64,000 nt of DNA, from positions 62,001 through 126,000 of the forward strand of contig BAAIJX010000054.1 of the NCBI GenBank assembly GCA_054600435.1. Reading direction: 5' to 3'. This DNA comes from Neophaeotheca triangularis (lineage: Eukaryota). A model generated the notes under the pieces. That model had not been told where the DNA came from. It was given only the letters and a program-made list of their open reading frames with translations, and ran no database searches. This document shows, in pieces, positions 44,246 to 57,419 of the stretch (positions are counted from its first letter, which is position 1; every line of letters starts with the position of its first letter). Made by a program: the position numbers and the translations under genes.

Positions 44246-44536
44246 CTTGAAGACGACGTGGGGAGGATGCGATGGTCGAAGGGGGCGTTCGCGCGAGGAA
44301 AGTAATAAGGGCAAACGAAAGACAAACGCACACGGAATGTGGTCGAGGGGAACCTTGCACGAAAACTTTCAAACGGGGGAGGGGGGCAGAAGAGCACCTA
44401 CATATGCAGCAGCATCGAACACCGCTAGAAGGATAGCTCGGGTGCCCCGAGGAATACACATGGGACAAGACGTCGCGTGCAGGCATGCAGCTCACGCTCG
44501 ACCACACATTCCGACCCAAATAGCAGCAGTGTTGGT

Positions 44537-45076
44537 CCCGTTATCTCTTGGTGCCGAATCCTGCAGTGGCCTCGACCAGCAGCCAAGCGCGGAGAAGGGG
44601 GGCAAAGCTTACCACACATGCGGAAGGTGGTTAAGGACAGACGTTGCATCTGGCATCACCTCCGCGCAGGGTCGAACAGTGGCGTGTCGGCCGGCGACGA
44701 TGAGTGGCTTCTCGTTGTCAGCGCCTAGCATATCTGCATTGCTTGGCTTTCACCGGCCACTTGGCCGGACCTCGGAACAAACAAATCACGGGACGGCGCA
44801 ATCTTTGCATAATTGCATGGCAACAGGTCTTCGCACTACTAGTAGGCGAGATAAAGTACCAAGTATCGGGAAGTCTTTGGCCTTGAGTTTGCCACCAAGC
44901 TAGCGATTCCTCATCATTAAACCAGATAGAAAGTACATAGTAGTGTCGTGTGAGGGCGCATCTTATCAGCGTTGAACACGCCCAGCCCCGTTATCTCTGC
45001 GCCTGAAATTAACCGAATAAGCTTACGGCAATTTAAAAAGGCCGGCCTTGCAAAGAGGCGCATGGAGCTGATAAGC
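44537..45076. promoter_or_regulatory. Cluster of HGATAR sites upstream of the permease (candidate AreA/Nit2 sites)
   Basis: TTATCT 44541, GATAAA 44850, GATAGA 44925, CTTATC 44962, TTATCT 44991 and GATAAG 45070; cccgttatctct occurs twice (44537, 44987). Confidence 0.55.
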
Positions 45077-47775
45077 AACAATAATGTTTCCAGCCTAGAC
45101 CGTCGGAAAGCGATCCCAAATCGTGTGGGTGGTATGTATTTTATTATTGCACTCGTCGATCCTGCAGACCGGTTATGCGTGTGCTATGTGAGAACGGTGC
45201 ACTTTTCCGATAGTAGTAGGTAAGAACTAGGAAGGTTTCTCTACCCTCGTGCAACACACGTTCCCGTCCATGGGGCGCCTGGGGCCCCAAGAACGACAAG
45301 CGCTACTCGGGCTTGTCTGATTGCTGCTACCGCGCCTCATATCAACTTAACTTAGTGTCTTATGCAACCTTTAGGTAATAATTTTGATTAGGCTTCAATC
45401 TGGACGCCGCTTGCTAAAATCTCGAGCGACTAGCTCGCGTGTTTCGTGGGGATAGTAGCCCAGGGGGGAGGGGTGTTCACTACTGTCCACGGTGTTCAAA
45501 CGATCCGCGCTGAGCTGCTCTGTAGCCTTTAATGAAGGGTCCAACCACTGCTTCCGTCGCACATGTGACAGGAGAAAAGACATTGGCGACGATTCGGGTG
45601 GTAGCACCATAGCATAGGAGGGAGTGAGTGTTTGTCAGTCTCCAATCAGCAATCATTGATGATCAACATCCTTGTTTCACGGCGTTATTATTGTGTGAGG
45701 CAAATCTCCACTTCGGATGCGGAGAAGTGACTCGACCATCGAATAGATCCCCACGCGCCCGCTGCGCCCTTAAGGTTCAAAACGAATTGCTCAAAATGCC
45801 GAACTGTAACCAGTACCCTCCCGCGGGCTTCTGACGATCCTGGGATACATCACTACGCCAGTAGTAGTAGTGACGAACGACAAATGTCGGACGTGCAGTA
45901 CAGCAACCCATTACGCAGACCATAGTCAGGGCGATGATCGATGGCGCCACGCAACTACAAATCAGCGAAAACACCAACCTGAGAGTAAAAGTAGCCCATT
46001 GAAAATGCAACAGGAGGAATACCAGGCCCAAAAGAGTTGGACAGAAACGTCGTTGGATTCACGCTTCGCCTGGGTATGAAGTACTGCGCAACCCGGAATA
46101 AAAGCAAGCGTATAGGATACGTTTTTGCGAGCTGCCCATTCGCGACCGATATACCGTAGGTTGGCGCTGGAACGCTACCAAGAGTCTCAGGCTCACTGAA
46201 GATCTGTGAGAAGTCAATTACGAGACTGGATGGTTTCGGCGTCTGCGATCTCGATGAGGAAGCAGCTTATGCCGTGCATGATGAGGCTACATCGCCGGGT
46301 TTGGCTTCACAGCGTCTGTCAACAAGGCCTACGAGCCATGTAAACGTACCGAGCACCGCCATTGGGCCGCATGGCGTCGGAATCGCGGAGGCCTTGGTAT
46401 TCGAAGCTGTCAGTCTGTCGGTCATGAGCCGAGTAAGGTCGGAATTGTAAGCTCTGCGCGGACTTCAGCCCGACAGCCTTCGCTCTTGCGAACATCTCAG
46501 AAACGAAAAAGCAGTGTTGATAAGGCGGTCGAGAAAGCGGTCGAGAAAGCGGTAGGGATACGGGTGGCAGACTCAGCTTAGGCTCGGTCGGCAGCTATCC
46601 AGGCTCATACATGGAGAGTATTCACAGATGGGACTGTCAATTTCCGCAGCGGGCTTTCCCCACGGAGCTTCGAACTACACACCGTGGAGCGCAGGGCCTT
46701 TGAGCAGCAGAGCTTGTGCGAATTGGTCGATGGGCACTGTCACTGTTGACAGAGCATGCGGTCGTTAACTTCGTCGCACTTGGTGGACACGGCACGAAGC
46801 CGGGGGTCCCATGCCTACCGAGAAGGTGCTCGCAATTTGAAGTTGGCTGGCACCAGCGATAGGCAGCAGAGAGCCTCTTCGGAGGTTGCGAAGGTAAGAC
46901 TGCTGCACGCTGCAGAATGGTGCTGAAATGAGCATACTCATAAGACGACCTCGAAGCCACGGGTCAAGCGACAGTTTCTGCGGAACTCTGACTGTGCAGA
47001 AAAGTCCTTTGCATTCAGTGTGTATATAGTTACGATGCCGTGTTCGCAAGCCCTGCAGATCCCTGCCAAGCTGATTGAAGGCCTTACAGATGCAGTTGAA
47101 GTTGTTTCTGAACGCTCCAGCGTTACCAGGGAATCTGAACTTTCTTCACTACCCCCTTACAAGACCAAGACAAGGTGGGTGATCATGAAGGATGCTTTCG
47201 CTCGGACACGTGCTCGGGTACTTACATGGGGGCATTCTTTCGAGTTTCCGAGCCACAAGGTGCTGGGAGATAATATTATACCCAGATAGCCATGGACAAT
47301 GGATACTTGACCTGTTGCATTGCTGGAGTCAATGGCTGAAGAATCTGCGTGGCTTTGCGCCGGCATATGTCAGTCAAATGAAGACTGCACGGTCTGTCGA
47401 CGTATTGATGCATCTAGGAGATAGCTCAGCGTTTTGCAGCAGAACAAAGTTGGTATAGGTATTGAGTATTGCAAAAGTATGAGGTAACTACCCATTAAGT
47501 GCTGTGCAAAGCTGCCAAAGAATCTGAAACACGTGACTTTGAACTACATACCATTACTCCTGAGCGAAGAAATACGTTTTGATCGATACACAACTATGGC
47601 TTAACTGCGCTACGTCTTGAAGGTTCGCATATCGTTTCCGTCGTTAGAAATGAGGTTCCAGTTGCGCCCCGCGACCCAGTTCCAGAGCTTGCTGAGTACG
47701 CCACCACGGGAGACTTTTGGCCGCTAAGCTGTTCGAAAGAATGTGATGGAGCGAAGGGTTAGTCTGCGAGTTGCT

Positions 47776-49626
47776 TTACCACCAAGTCGACGGCTTCCAC
47801 CACTTGAAGGTGTTCATCTTCACGAGGAAAGCACCGCGTTCGATGCTACCGACGAAGATGTAGCCGCTTGGAAGGAGGGCGTGCCCCCAGGTTCCGACGA
47901 ATTCGACTACTCAAGTCAGCATGAGAACGGACGGGAACTTTCGTACGTTTGTACGTACCTGAGCCACCTTGAGCATCATCCTCAGGGTACTGATATACTA
48001 GTTAGTACGCAAGACAAGTTTCGGATGGTTAAAGGGCTGCACTAACGATGTCGAAGAACGCCTGCTCTTTCACGCGCTGTAAACGATTAGTATCTGTTGC
48101 GGATCTAGTGCGTGTAATGGTAGACTCACCTTCCCGCTGGGATCCTTGGGAATGGAGCTGATGTCGAACACTCGGAGACCGTTTCCGTAGCTGGGCAAGT
48201 CAGCAAAACGCATCGCCTCTAGTCAAAGCCAGGAATGGTACTTACTTGGAGTGGAATGCCAGCCCGTTGCTGACGTATAAGTTATGATCGATACTCTTGA
48301 AGTCTCCGGAGCTAGGAGAGGGAGAGAGTTAGCTAAAGTCCAATATTCGAAATGTACGTTCCCGAAATTTTTGAAAATTCGCCCAGTAGGCAAATTTGTA
48401 AAGCAATTGGGCAGACTCACTAGTAGTGACCAGTGTTGATGGGTGCCTCCAAGCTCCGGATGTCCCAGATGTAAGTAACGGGACGACCATCAGCGCCCAG
48501 GCCAGACTCATCGACCTCGTCGAGTTCGTCGTTGGAAAGAAGGAACTCTTGGTTGTTGGGGTCCAGGACCCAGCCTTGGTGCACATAGCTAGCACCATCA
48601 TACGTGGTGCGGGAGATGATAGAGGAGCTGTTGACGCCCTGCTTGTCGGTGGCGTCGTAGATGGTGAAGGTGTCCTCGTTGAAGGAGTAACAGATGTCTC
48701 TTCCTTGGTACTTCTTGTCGGGACCGCGGTAGACGAGGCATCTGCATGGCTGTAAGCATAAGATCGATTTTATCTCTCCACGTTGTGTGAACTCACTGAG
48801 CATCGTGCACGTAACCATCGCTCGAGGCACAGCCGGGAGAAGAGGGGTTTGAGGGATCATCCATGTTGATCCAGATCAACCCAGCACCGCATTCGTCCGT
48901 CCTTGGCTGAGAACCGACGGCCGCGGCGTAACCGAGCTCAGTGTTGACAACCACATTGTGGGAGCGACCAACAGGGAGTCCGGTGAAAAGGCCGGTGAGA
49001 TCGGTCGCGGTGGAAAAGTTCCTTGGGGAAGCTGGGTCTACGTCAAGGAGTTTCCTCATGTCGAACACCTGAAGTTCACCGCCAACAGCCTCGGTTCCTA
49101 TGATCATATAGTCACCCAACATTTTCATATCCCGCCAAACGGAGGCGACGCTTTGTTGAGGCAGGCGACCCATGTAGGTCATCTTGCCCTTCTTTGAGAT
49201 CTCGACGAAGGCAGTGCCGTCGGCCTGACCAAGAGCCGCGAACTCGCGTCCATTGTCGGCTACGTATGGCCAGGCGTCATTACCTTCGCCAGCCCAAGAG
49301 CCCAGGTCCTCGTGGCTGAGGAAGTCGTAGAAATCCATGTTCTTGCAGCGGAACGTCTGGTCAGGGTCGCCACGCTCGACAACAGCGCGGCCGCCTCTGC
49401 ACTTGACCTTGTCGTTCCTTTCCTTCCAGTTGCCGACCCTCCACTTGAACCAAGAGATGAACTTGTTGGCTTTGTAGAGGCCGTGGGTGCGCTTGTAGTC
49501 GAAAGTGTTCTCCTTGAGGGCCATCAGGCGGTCATGAACACGACCACCCTCATAGTCCTCCTTGGTGTAGGCCGTAGTGAGGCCAGCTGCTGGGAGCAGC
49601 AACGCTGCGGCGGTGGAAATCTTCAT
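47776..49626 (-). CDS. Secreted choice-of-anchor-B/LVIVD-repeat-like protein, multi-exon
   Basis: Signal peptide MKISTAAALLLPAAGLTTA; motifs GQADGTAFVEI, WRDMK, SHNVVVN, DGYVHDAQC, YVHQGW, IDHNLYV, SNYGNGLRVFD and SIERGAF; canonical introns. Confidence 0.88.
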
Positions 49627-52600
49627 AGCGAATGTAGTTTGACAGCGATTGGAATGGAGCTGGAGCGGTGGAAGAAGGAATGTGGGCAGACGCTGGATAC
49701 CGGGACGTATTTATGTACTATACTGTCCCACGCTTCGCCTGTGCTTCTTCATGTCTCCCGCTCGCCTCTACTACGACTATCCCATTCAGCATGCATGTCG
49801 CAGTAGCTCGAGTGTGGAGCGTCGGTGGCTACTCTATACCAGCTTACTACCTTCCTGTTGGAGTTTGGAGCCGTAGTGACCTTATCACCAATCTTGGCGC
49901 GTGGAGCTGGGCAGGCCATGTGAGTTAAACGGGCATAAACGATGCGCACGCCAATTGGTCTTCCAGACATGCAAGGGGCAAGCAAAATTGTTGAAAGTAG
50001 TAGCATAGGTAAACCTCGGCGTGAGGAGATGCTGGAGAGAGTTTATGCCAAGCCCGCATTTCTCGGCGCAGATAGCACTAACCTTGGCGCACCGATCCAT
50101 CCCCGAAGCGGTGGAAAAGATGCCGGCCAAGTAATAAAGAGGCGTTCCAGAACTTGGTCACGTTCGTTATCTGTGGTGGGCCTTTCTGCAGGTCCTAGCA
50201 GCAGCCCGTTGACGAGCAGGGTGGCCTTGTGAGTAGTAGTGAGCCATGCAAGGACGGAGCAGAGCCTCATCTCGTTGTCTCGTATGGGTGGACGGGCGTG
50301 TAGCTCTGCCCCCAGGACCGCGGCCAAGATCTGCAGAACTCGCTTCGTAGTCGCTGCAAGACAACCTTCACGCGGACGTGAGCGGTTCGAGGTCGTCGCC
50401 GGCTAGGGTCGGTGGAAGCGCTCTTTAGTTTTACCCCATGGGGCCGCTATGCCGGGGCGTTGGAACTTGGACTCCAACACGGCATACCGGCCATACCGCA
50501 AGAGCTTTTGCCTTCGTCCAAAATGGTGGGGTACACAGTAGCGTATTGGATCTTGTATCCAGTAGTGTGAGGGGAACGCTGATCGTTGGAGGATCCTGTT
50601 CGTCCATAGCAAACTCACGGCGTCGAAGAGACTTCGGTCCAAGCATGCTGCACCGAAGAAGCAAGGTGGTGGGTGAGTCGGGAAGAAAAAAACAATCCAG
50701 AGGGGACTTCGAAGAAAGCAAGGTCTACCCTGGGCTGCTCTTAAGTCGCTACAATCTTGCTCAAACACACTCTGTAAGTCAGCCTCTTGAGAATCGAGAT
50801 GCACCTTCGAGTGGGGCCCAGCTGGACTTCAGCTCTTGGCACGTCTCAAATCCAGCGGTTGCTGACCCGACCAAGCATCCCACAGCACCTACGTGCCAAC
50901 GCGGTGCCTTGGGAGTTGGGGCAGACGCCACCAGCGCTACTGTCGATGCTCGAGGATCACCTGTAACTCCGACTGTGCGGCCACGTGGACGACCGGCATG
51001 CACCATCGTGTGGGCGATCTGCAACGGACCGAAAACCGTGTTAACTTGTGTGCGATAAGATGCCTTTGGCACTGAGCTTTCGAGGCCATCCCCAAAAACT
51101 GTGATATCTCGCCACGTGTCGACGTCTTTTTTGACCTTCGAAAGCAATCTCGAAGGACCTGCCAGGTTTTCCAAATGTCAAGGAGGCTACCCTTCCGAAT
51201 GCAGTGTTTCATGTTACTCTGGACCTTGGGTCGCTTCTTTCTACACGCCACGACTTGAGCAACGCCATGGTGCTTCCGTTGCAAAGTGGTACCGCATTCA
51301 CAGGCTTTTGCTTGGCCGTAGACGTGACTGTGAAGCTCTGGGGAAGCTCCGGACCGTTCCCGATAGGCAGGATGGGCAGTGTGAAGGTCTGTTCCAAGCC
51401 GATCGTACGCCAGGCACTGTGGAGCATCTCTATCGAGACGGGTGTTACTGATGCCTGGCAAAATGCTGCAGTGTTTCTGTGTCATTTGATAGATGGCTTT
51501 GTGGATGTTGTCCAGCAAAAAGGACCAGAGTCTCCCACTGGTGGGCGAACACCCCGATCAACACAGTGCAGTTCGTTGTCTCTGCTGGAACGATTGTTAT
51601 GGCGAAAAGAGCCATTGGCATTTTACTGAGACAGCTACGCCGCCCTCTTACCCCACCAGTGTTATTCAGGGCGTATCTCAAAACATCAAAGCAGTCCAAT
51701 AATCTCCGGGGCACAAGGCCTCTCCATTCGGTAGTAGGAGAGTGCATTCCCCGAATGCATGTTTCTCCATCGCCCAAAGCCTTCCCCAGCTGCTCTAGCT
51801 ACCACCTAGATGGTACGCTAGTTTGGGTCCAACTTTGCTGGGAGACTTGCACTTAGCCCTATCCTTGGCTGTGCCTACGATCCCAAGCTCGCAAAGACGC
51901 AAAGAGGATGCTTATTTGCTCGACCGGCTTTGGCTCTGCAGTAGGCTTACCTTATCTTAACGGACGGTCGAGTCAGCAACGGAGCAGCTCAGCTTGCCGG
52001 CCCTCTGCTCAAGAATGCGGTAGATCTTCGTGCGTTATCGGCCCTGAAGGCTGTTGTATCCGAGACTCTTGGCCGCCTCCCGTTGATTCCTTACCGCTCA
52101 GCATTGCTCAGTCCATGTCCGCATAGGTTCACGAATCTAGCTTCGCCTTGATGCGCCGACAGCTCCTGACAGGATGCTACGTCGGTTGAAGCAAGCGCGG
52201 AAACGAGCCAGGCATGGCCACCAGCTGCGTTACAGTATGCCCTCGCTACAATCCATAGATTGGAGGACGGAGACAGGAGGTTAATGTGGAGGGCTTCTGG
52301 TGAGGAGCTTTGAAGGGAGAAAAAGCAAAACCAAAAAGCAATACTTGTTTTTCATCTCCCCTACGCTCCATGTGACAAGCAAAAAACCTACGTGACTTTC
52401 AACAAGACAATGAAACTCGCATTATCTCGACCCCTTCGAGACTGACACCCAGCCTATGGCGGCAGCTACTTGCCGCTTATAGTATCAATGTCTAGTGGAG
52501 AAAGATGGGTCAGTCGGTAAAAGAATGCAGGCATACTTTCGTGGCCATGCTGAAGGCATTCGCTGAATATGCTCATCGTACCCCAAACGCCACGAAGACT

Positions 52601-52681
52601 ATGCAAACCCGGGCCAGCTATGCAATCGAAGAAGCAGCGCAAACCACAGCGCCCAACATCTCCTCGCTTTCTCACCTTCCC

Positions 52682-54174
52682 TTACATTCCCATCATGGAC
52701 ATCATGCCGTTATTCGCATAAGCCTTAAGGTTTAAGGTAAGCAAATGTCATACGCGACAATGTTGTTAGAAGGATGACCTACCATGGGCTTAACGTCCGG
52801 ATGCGGCACGGCATCGAACTTGTTGAACTGCAGCTTGTAGTCGGACTCGATGTTGATGTACGCGCCCTTGTTCTCGGTGCTGTCGCAGTACTTGGGCGCC
52901 GAGAAGACCGTGATGCACCTGCCATCGTGCTCGACTTCGTAGCCTTCCATGCGGACCTCGTGCGAGCGGATGATGGCCTCGAGACCGTTCTTCTCACAGA
53001 AGCGCTTGGTGATGTCGGGGCCAAATTGCAAACCAACGCCACGCTTGCTGGGTCCACGTCCAGGAGCTGTCTGTGGGTCGGTCCAGAGCATTTCCATCAT
53101 CAGGCCAGATTGTCCCGGTTGTCGCTGATTGTGTCTGTTAAGCTTGCGGATGTCGTCGAGGGAGGTTGAGTCGTCGGAGAAGAGACCGCCATGGAGGGTG
53201 AGGAATTTGTCGCCGACCAGGGTAGCCAGGGGCAACGCAGAGAAGGACTCGGAAAACAGCTTGAAGACGCGCTCGTTGTACTTCGCCTTGCACTCGCCCT
53301 CGAAACCATACATGCGGTTCATGTCGTCGGTCTCGTGGTTGCCGCGGTTGAGGAAGAAGTTCGAAGGGTACATCCATTTGTAAGCGTAGAGAAGGAGAGC
53401 AATCTCAGTAGACCACGAGCCCCGATCGACAAAATCGCCGTTGAAGAGGTAGCCATGAGTATCGCTTGGAAAGCCGTTGAGCCTGAAGATCTCGAGAAGA
53501 TCGAAGTATTGGCCGTGGGTATCGCCGCAGACCGTGAGCTTGGTGTCGGGTTTGACGTGGGTTTCGACCATTGTGGGTTCGTCGTAGACAAGCTGCTTGA
53601 CTTTGAGTAAGATCTGGAACACGTATTTCTTGTGCAGCTTTTTGCCATCCTTGAACCTCTGAATCATATCATCGATGAACTCCTGCGTCATCTCGTCCTT
53701 TAACCTGACTCCATCGTAGCTATCCTCAACCGTGAAAGAATCCAGATCCAGACCTTCAGCAGCTGACGGCGCATCCGCCACCTCAATGGCCTTCAAAAAA
53801 GCATCTCTCTTGACCATCTTCTGGCAAGCCTCATACTGCGCCTTGGCGACCTTGTCGTTCGGCTGCTTCCGCACCACCATTTTCCAGTCGTGAATCGCAT
53901 CGCCATGCTTGAGGATCGCAGTATTGGCCACTGCTCTCCTGTAATAGGCCTTGACGAAGTTCGAGTCAATCTCTATCGCTTTGGTTGCATCTGCGACGGC
54001 GTATCCGTAGGCTTCGAGTTTGATGTTGGCTTGTGCGCGGTTGGAGTAGAATGACGGTTCTTGGTCGTTCTTGTCGATAGCTTGGGTATAGAAGTCTATG
54101 GCTGTTGGCCAGTCGTGAGCTTTGAACGCCTCATTGCCCTTATTCTTGAGCGCGACAGCATCCTCGGCCGCCAT
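52682..54174 (-). CDS. PPT1: Ser/Thr protein phosphatase 5 (TPR plus PPP domain)
   Basis: N-terminal TPRs; GDTHGQ, GDFVDRG, RGNHE, HGGLFS, RSHE and SAPKYC. A 3' intron after PDVKPM gives the terminal AYANNGMMSMMGM*. Confidence 0.97.
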
Positions 54175-54599
54175 TGCGTATACAGCGGGCTTGTCTTGAT
54201 GTTTGCGCGGAGCTTTGCCGTCGTCGCTTCGTTGCGTATTGAAGGTCTGTGGATGAATAGTTCGGCAGAAAGGCGAGAAGAAAGCAGAGCGAAGAAGTGT
54301 ACTTGTCAAGAGATATCCTCACCGGAAGGCCTGTTTGCTAAAGTGAAGTGAAGTGAGGTTCACTTTTGAGGGGAATCTTTGGATGGAATAGACGTCAGTG
54401 CAGTCAAAATGTCAATTGGTGAATTGCGGAGGTTTAGCCGAAGTGCCGCCTAGCGCGTTGTTAACCTTTACTACGACCAGCCCAGGGCTAGTACCTAGCT
54501 GAGCAGGAGATGTGCTTCTTCAAACGCTACAACAGTATTTCGCACATCTGAACCCGGGTGCTCAATATCTACCCCATTCGGCCGAAAACCTTCAACGAG

Positions 54600-55059
54600 A
54601 TGTCTCTCAGATCATACCGCGCTTGCATGGTTTGCGCCATCGTCCAGCCCGGCGGCAAATTCAACTCCCAGGGCTGCCCCAACTGTGAGGATGTACTGGA
54701 ACTGCGCGGCAACTCAGATGCTATTCAAGACTGTACGAGCCAGGTGTATGAGGGTCTAATCACGCTTGCTCAACCACAGGGCAGCTGGGTGGCGAAATGG
54801 CAAGGCTTTACCAACTACGTGCCAGGCGTTTACGCTGTCAAGGTCGTAGGCTCTGTAAGTGCTGCCTGAAGCACGTGACAGAGCAACACCTTGGTACTGA
54901 CAATGTCTATTTAGCTACCCGAAGAAGTTTTAGATGCACTTGAAGCAGCGGGCATCACCTACCATCCGTGAGTAGCGACGAAGTTTCGCTGGCTTTCCAT
55001 CTGGCTAACACCTATACAGGCGGGACGGCAGTGCAGGGGATGGAGATGGCGAGAAGTAA
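54600..55059 (+). CDS. SPT4: Transcription elongation factor Spt4, 3 exons
   Basis: [10 protein letters not shown]...GCPNC...CTSQVYEG...SWVAKWQ...[16 protein letters not shown]...YHP|RDGS; two canonical introns. Confidence 0.96.
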
Positions 55060-55357
55060 ATGGGCTAGCGATTGAGCATGCGTTGCGAGCATTAGGACCG
55101 GCGTTGGCAGGAACGATACCCAGGGCTGGATTCAGCTGGTTCTTACCCATGAGATAGCAAGGTAGTATGGGAAACGAGAACTTCGGCACTGAAAGCTTCC
55201 ACAGACAAAGTCTTCCATCGTCTCAAGAGAATGCTAGATCGGGAGGCTTATTGCATGCGGCGGGTAGTGGACGCGTTGAAAGCGCCGGATATCTACTGCG
55301 AGCAACACGCCGTCTGCCTCGCCGTCCGTTTTGTGATTACGACCATTCTTGACCCGA

Positions 55358-56480
55358 TCAGTAACCATTCTCGCTCTCAGTCAACGGCCACAGCAGCTGG
55401 TAGAAAGCGTATGAACCAACCACAAGCAAAGCGTAGTATACGATTGACCAAGCAATGCCGAAGTTCTGCGGACCCATCACTCCCTGGCTTCTGCTCTCGT
55501 TGTCGTCTCCCCTCCTTCCTTGCGCCACGTCTGGCGTAATGTCTGAATAATCTTCAACCTGTCCGACCCTGCCCCAGAAGCGCGGCACACCCATACAGTT
55601 GCAGAAGCTATGAGCGGCGATGCAAGCCCAAATATTACCCGTGCGCATGAAGATGAAAGCTGCGAAGAAGCCGAAGAGGCTGGTGTAGGTAAACTGGAAA
55701 AGGCTTCGAACGATTCCAATCAGGAGGATGCGCGGTGGCGGCAGGGTGCGATGAGCCGGAGTACGCGATCGAACGAATTCGACCAGGTGATGGATGTGAG
55801 CTACCCCGAAAACGAGTGGCGTCACAAAGACAATGCGGAAAGGGTCGGTCTCAGCGCTGAGGAAGACCGAGATGACCAACGCGCGGAACACGATTTCCTC
55901 ACTGATGGGAGCTACTACGTGATTGCGGAAGCCGACCCAGGAGTTGTAAAAGTTCCACTTGAAGCTTGCTGGGTTGAGTTCGCGCCATTCGCCTTCGACA
56001 ACTAAGGACTCGAACAGTGGACCCACGAAGAGGATCGCAACGAGAGCCAGGGTTCTGAGGATGTCGCCAAAGTATACTGGCGCAATGCCTGTAAGGCGAA
56101 GCATGTCGCGTGGAGGGTCATTGCCGTAGACTCTGAGCACGTAGATGGTCGCAAGGACGCTGAGGAAGCCTGTGAAAACGACGCCTCGAATGCGAGCGCG
56201 GATAACGCTCGGAGAATCGCGCGAGTTCAAGGGGGTTGTTTTCAGCGTTGGCGATAGATAGAAGGGCGCGATGTACAAGATGGTCAGGGAGATGGCGAAG
56301 ATGAAGGCTAGTTGTTCCGTCACATCGCCGTAGTATGGATCGTGATCTGGATAAGGTAGTATAGATTAGCATTTCCGCCTTGTCTCCAGTCTTTGGAGAA
56401 AGCTAGTAGTTTCACTCACCGACCAAATCACTACCATAGTAGAACCGCTCAAACCTCTCCATCAGCTGAGTCCCCTTCAT
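55358..56480 (-). CDS. RCE1: CAAX prenyl protease 2 (Rce1/Abi family), 2 exons
   Basis: APISEEIVFR, FGVAHIHH, FQFTYTSLFG, AHSFCNCMGVP and RDSPSVIRARI. Probable first exon 56480-56420, followed by a GTGAGT..CTAAT..CAG intron. Confidence 0.93.
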
Positions 56481-57419
56481 CGCGATACTATGGGCCAATG
56501 GCAATATGCTTGTGTTCTTGGAGGATGAAAAGAAGTCGGCCGTGGTACGGACGGGTAGTCATGGTGGAGCACAAGCGGTACGAAAGCGGAGACGCCCAAC
56601 ACAGCGTGCACCTTCCCACGAGGAATTCAAAACACAACCTCACCTCTTGAATTTTTACATTCCAGCAGAACAATACGTTTCCTCCACCCCTCTCGACTTC
56701 CCCCGCTAGGTTCTACAGCATGCTGGGGTTTTCGTCTCGGTCAAACGAACACTTCTCGCACGAGCTGCGACCCGCCGCCAAATGTAACCCTGTCGCGGCT
56801 GAGCGCGTCGCGTCCGCAGTGGCACACCCCAAGTGGCTGCAGAGACACGCCAGAATCTTAGCACGACGGCCCCTTTTTCCTTCATCTCGGCTCAGCAACG
56901 CCAATCGCTGAACTTCTGGCCCATCTCCCGCAGCAAACACGGCGACAAGGGCCATGCCCTACGCGAGTGGTGTCTATTATTGCTAGAATTACAGTCGGTG
57001 AGGCGTCGAGAGACGGCTGTAAGTAGTACAAACAGGTCTGCTTGCTCGTGCGTGCAAGGGAGTAGTTTCAACACAGTCTCTTTCTAAGTCAATTGCTTTC
57101 CTTTGGCAGAGTTACTGCTGCACACAGATCTTACCGCATCGCCATACAGCGATTAATGCTAATCGCAAAAGCACCACCGTTCTCACCGACCAATGCTGCC
57201 CGCCATTCGTGCAAGGCCCTAAGACGAACCGCATCTTGCATGAAGCACTCCTGAGACATTCTAAACATCAACGGTTCGCCAGCATCTGACTTTGCTCGAG
57301 CGAACACTCCCTCGCGGTGCTCTCGCAGACTTGTCACTCGTTTGAGCATGCGCTGAGCATCACCGTCACTCTTTTAGGTTCCTTTTCGTTCTATCGTTTA
57401 TATACTTGTTTTCCCCACC

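Noticed and set aside
45790..46010. Possible transposase HTH remnant (VGRAVQQPITQTIVRAMIDGATQLQISENTNL)
   Set aside because: Too short, with no DDE domain or TIRs recognised.
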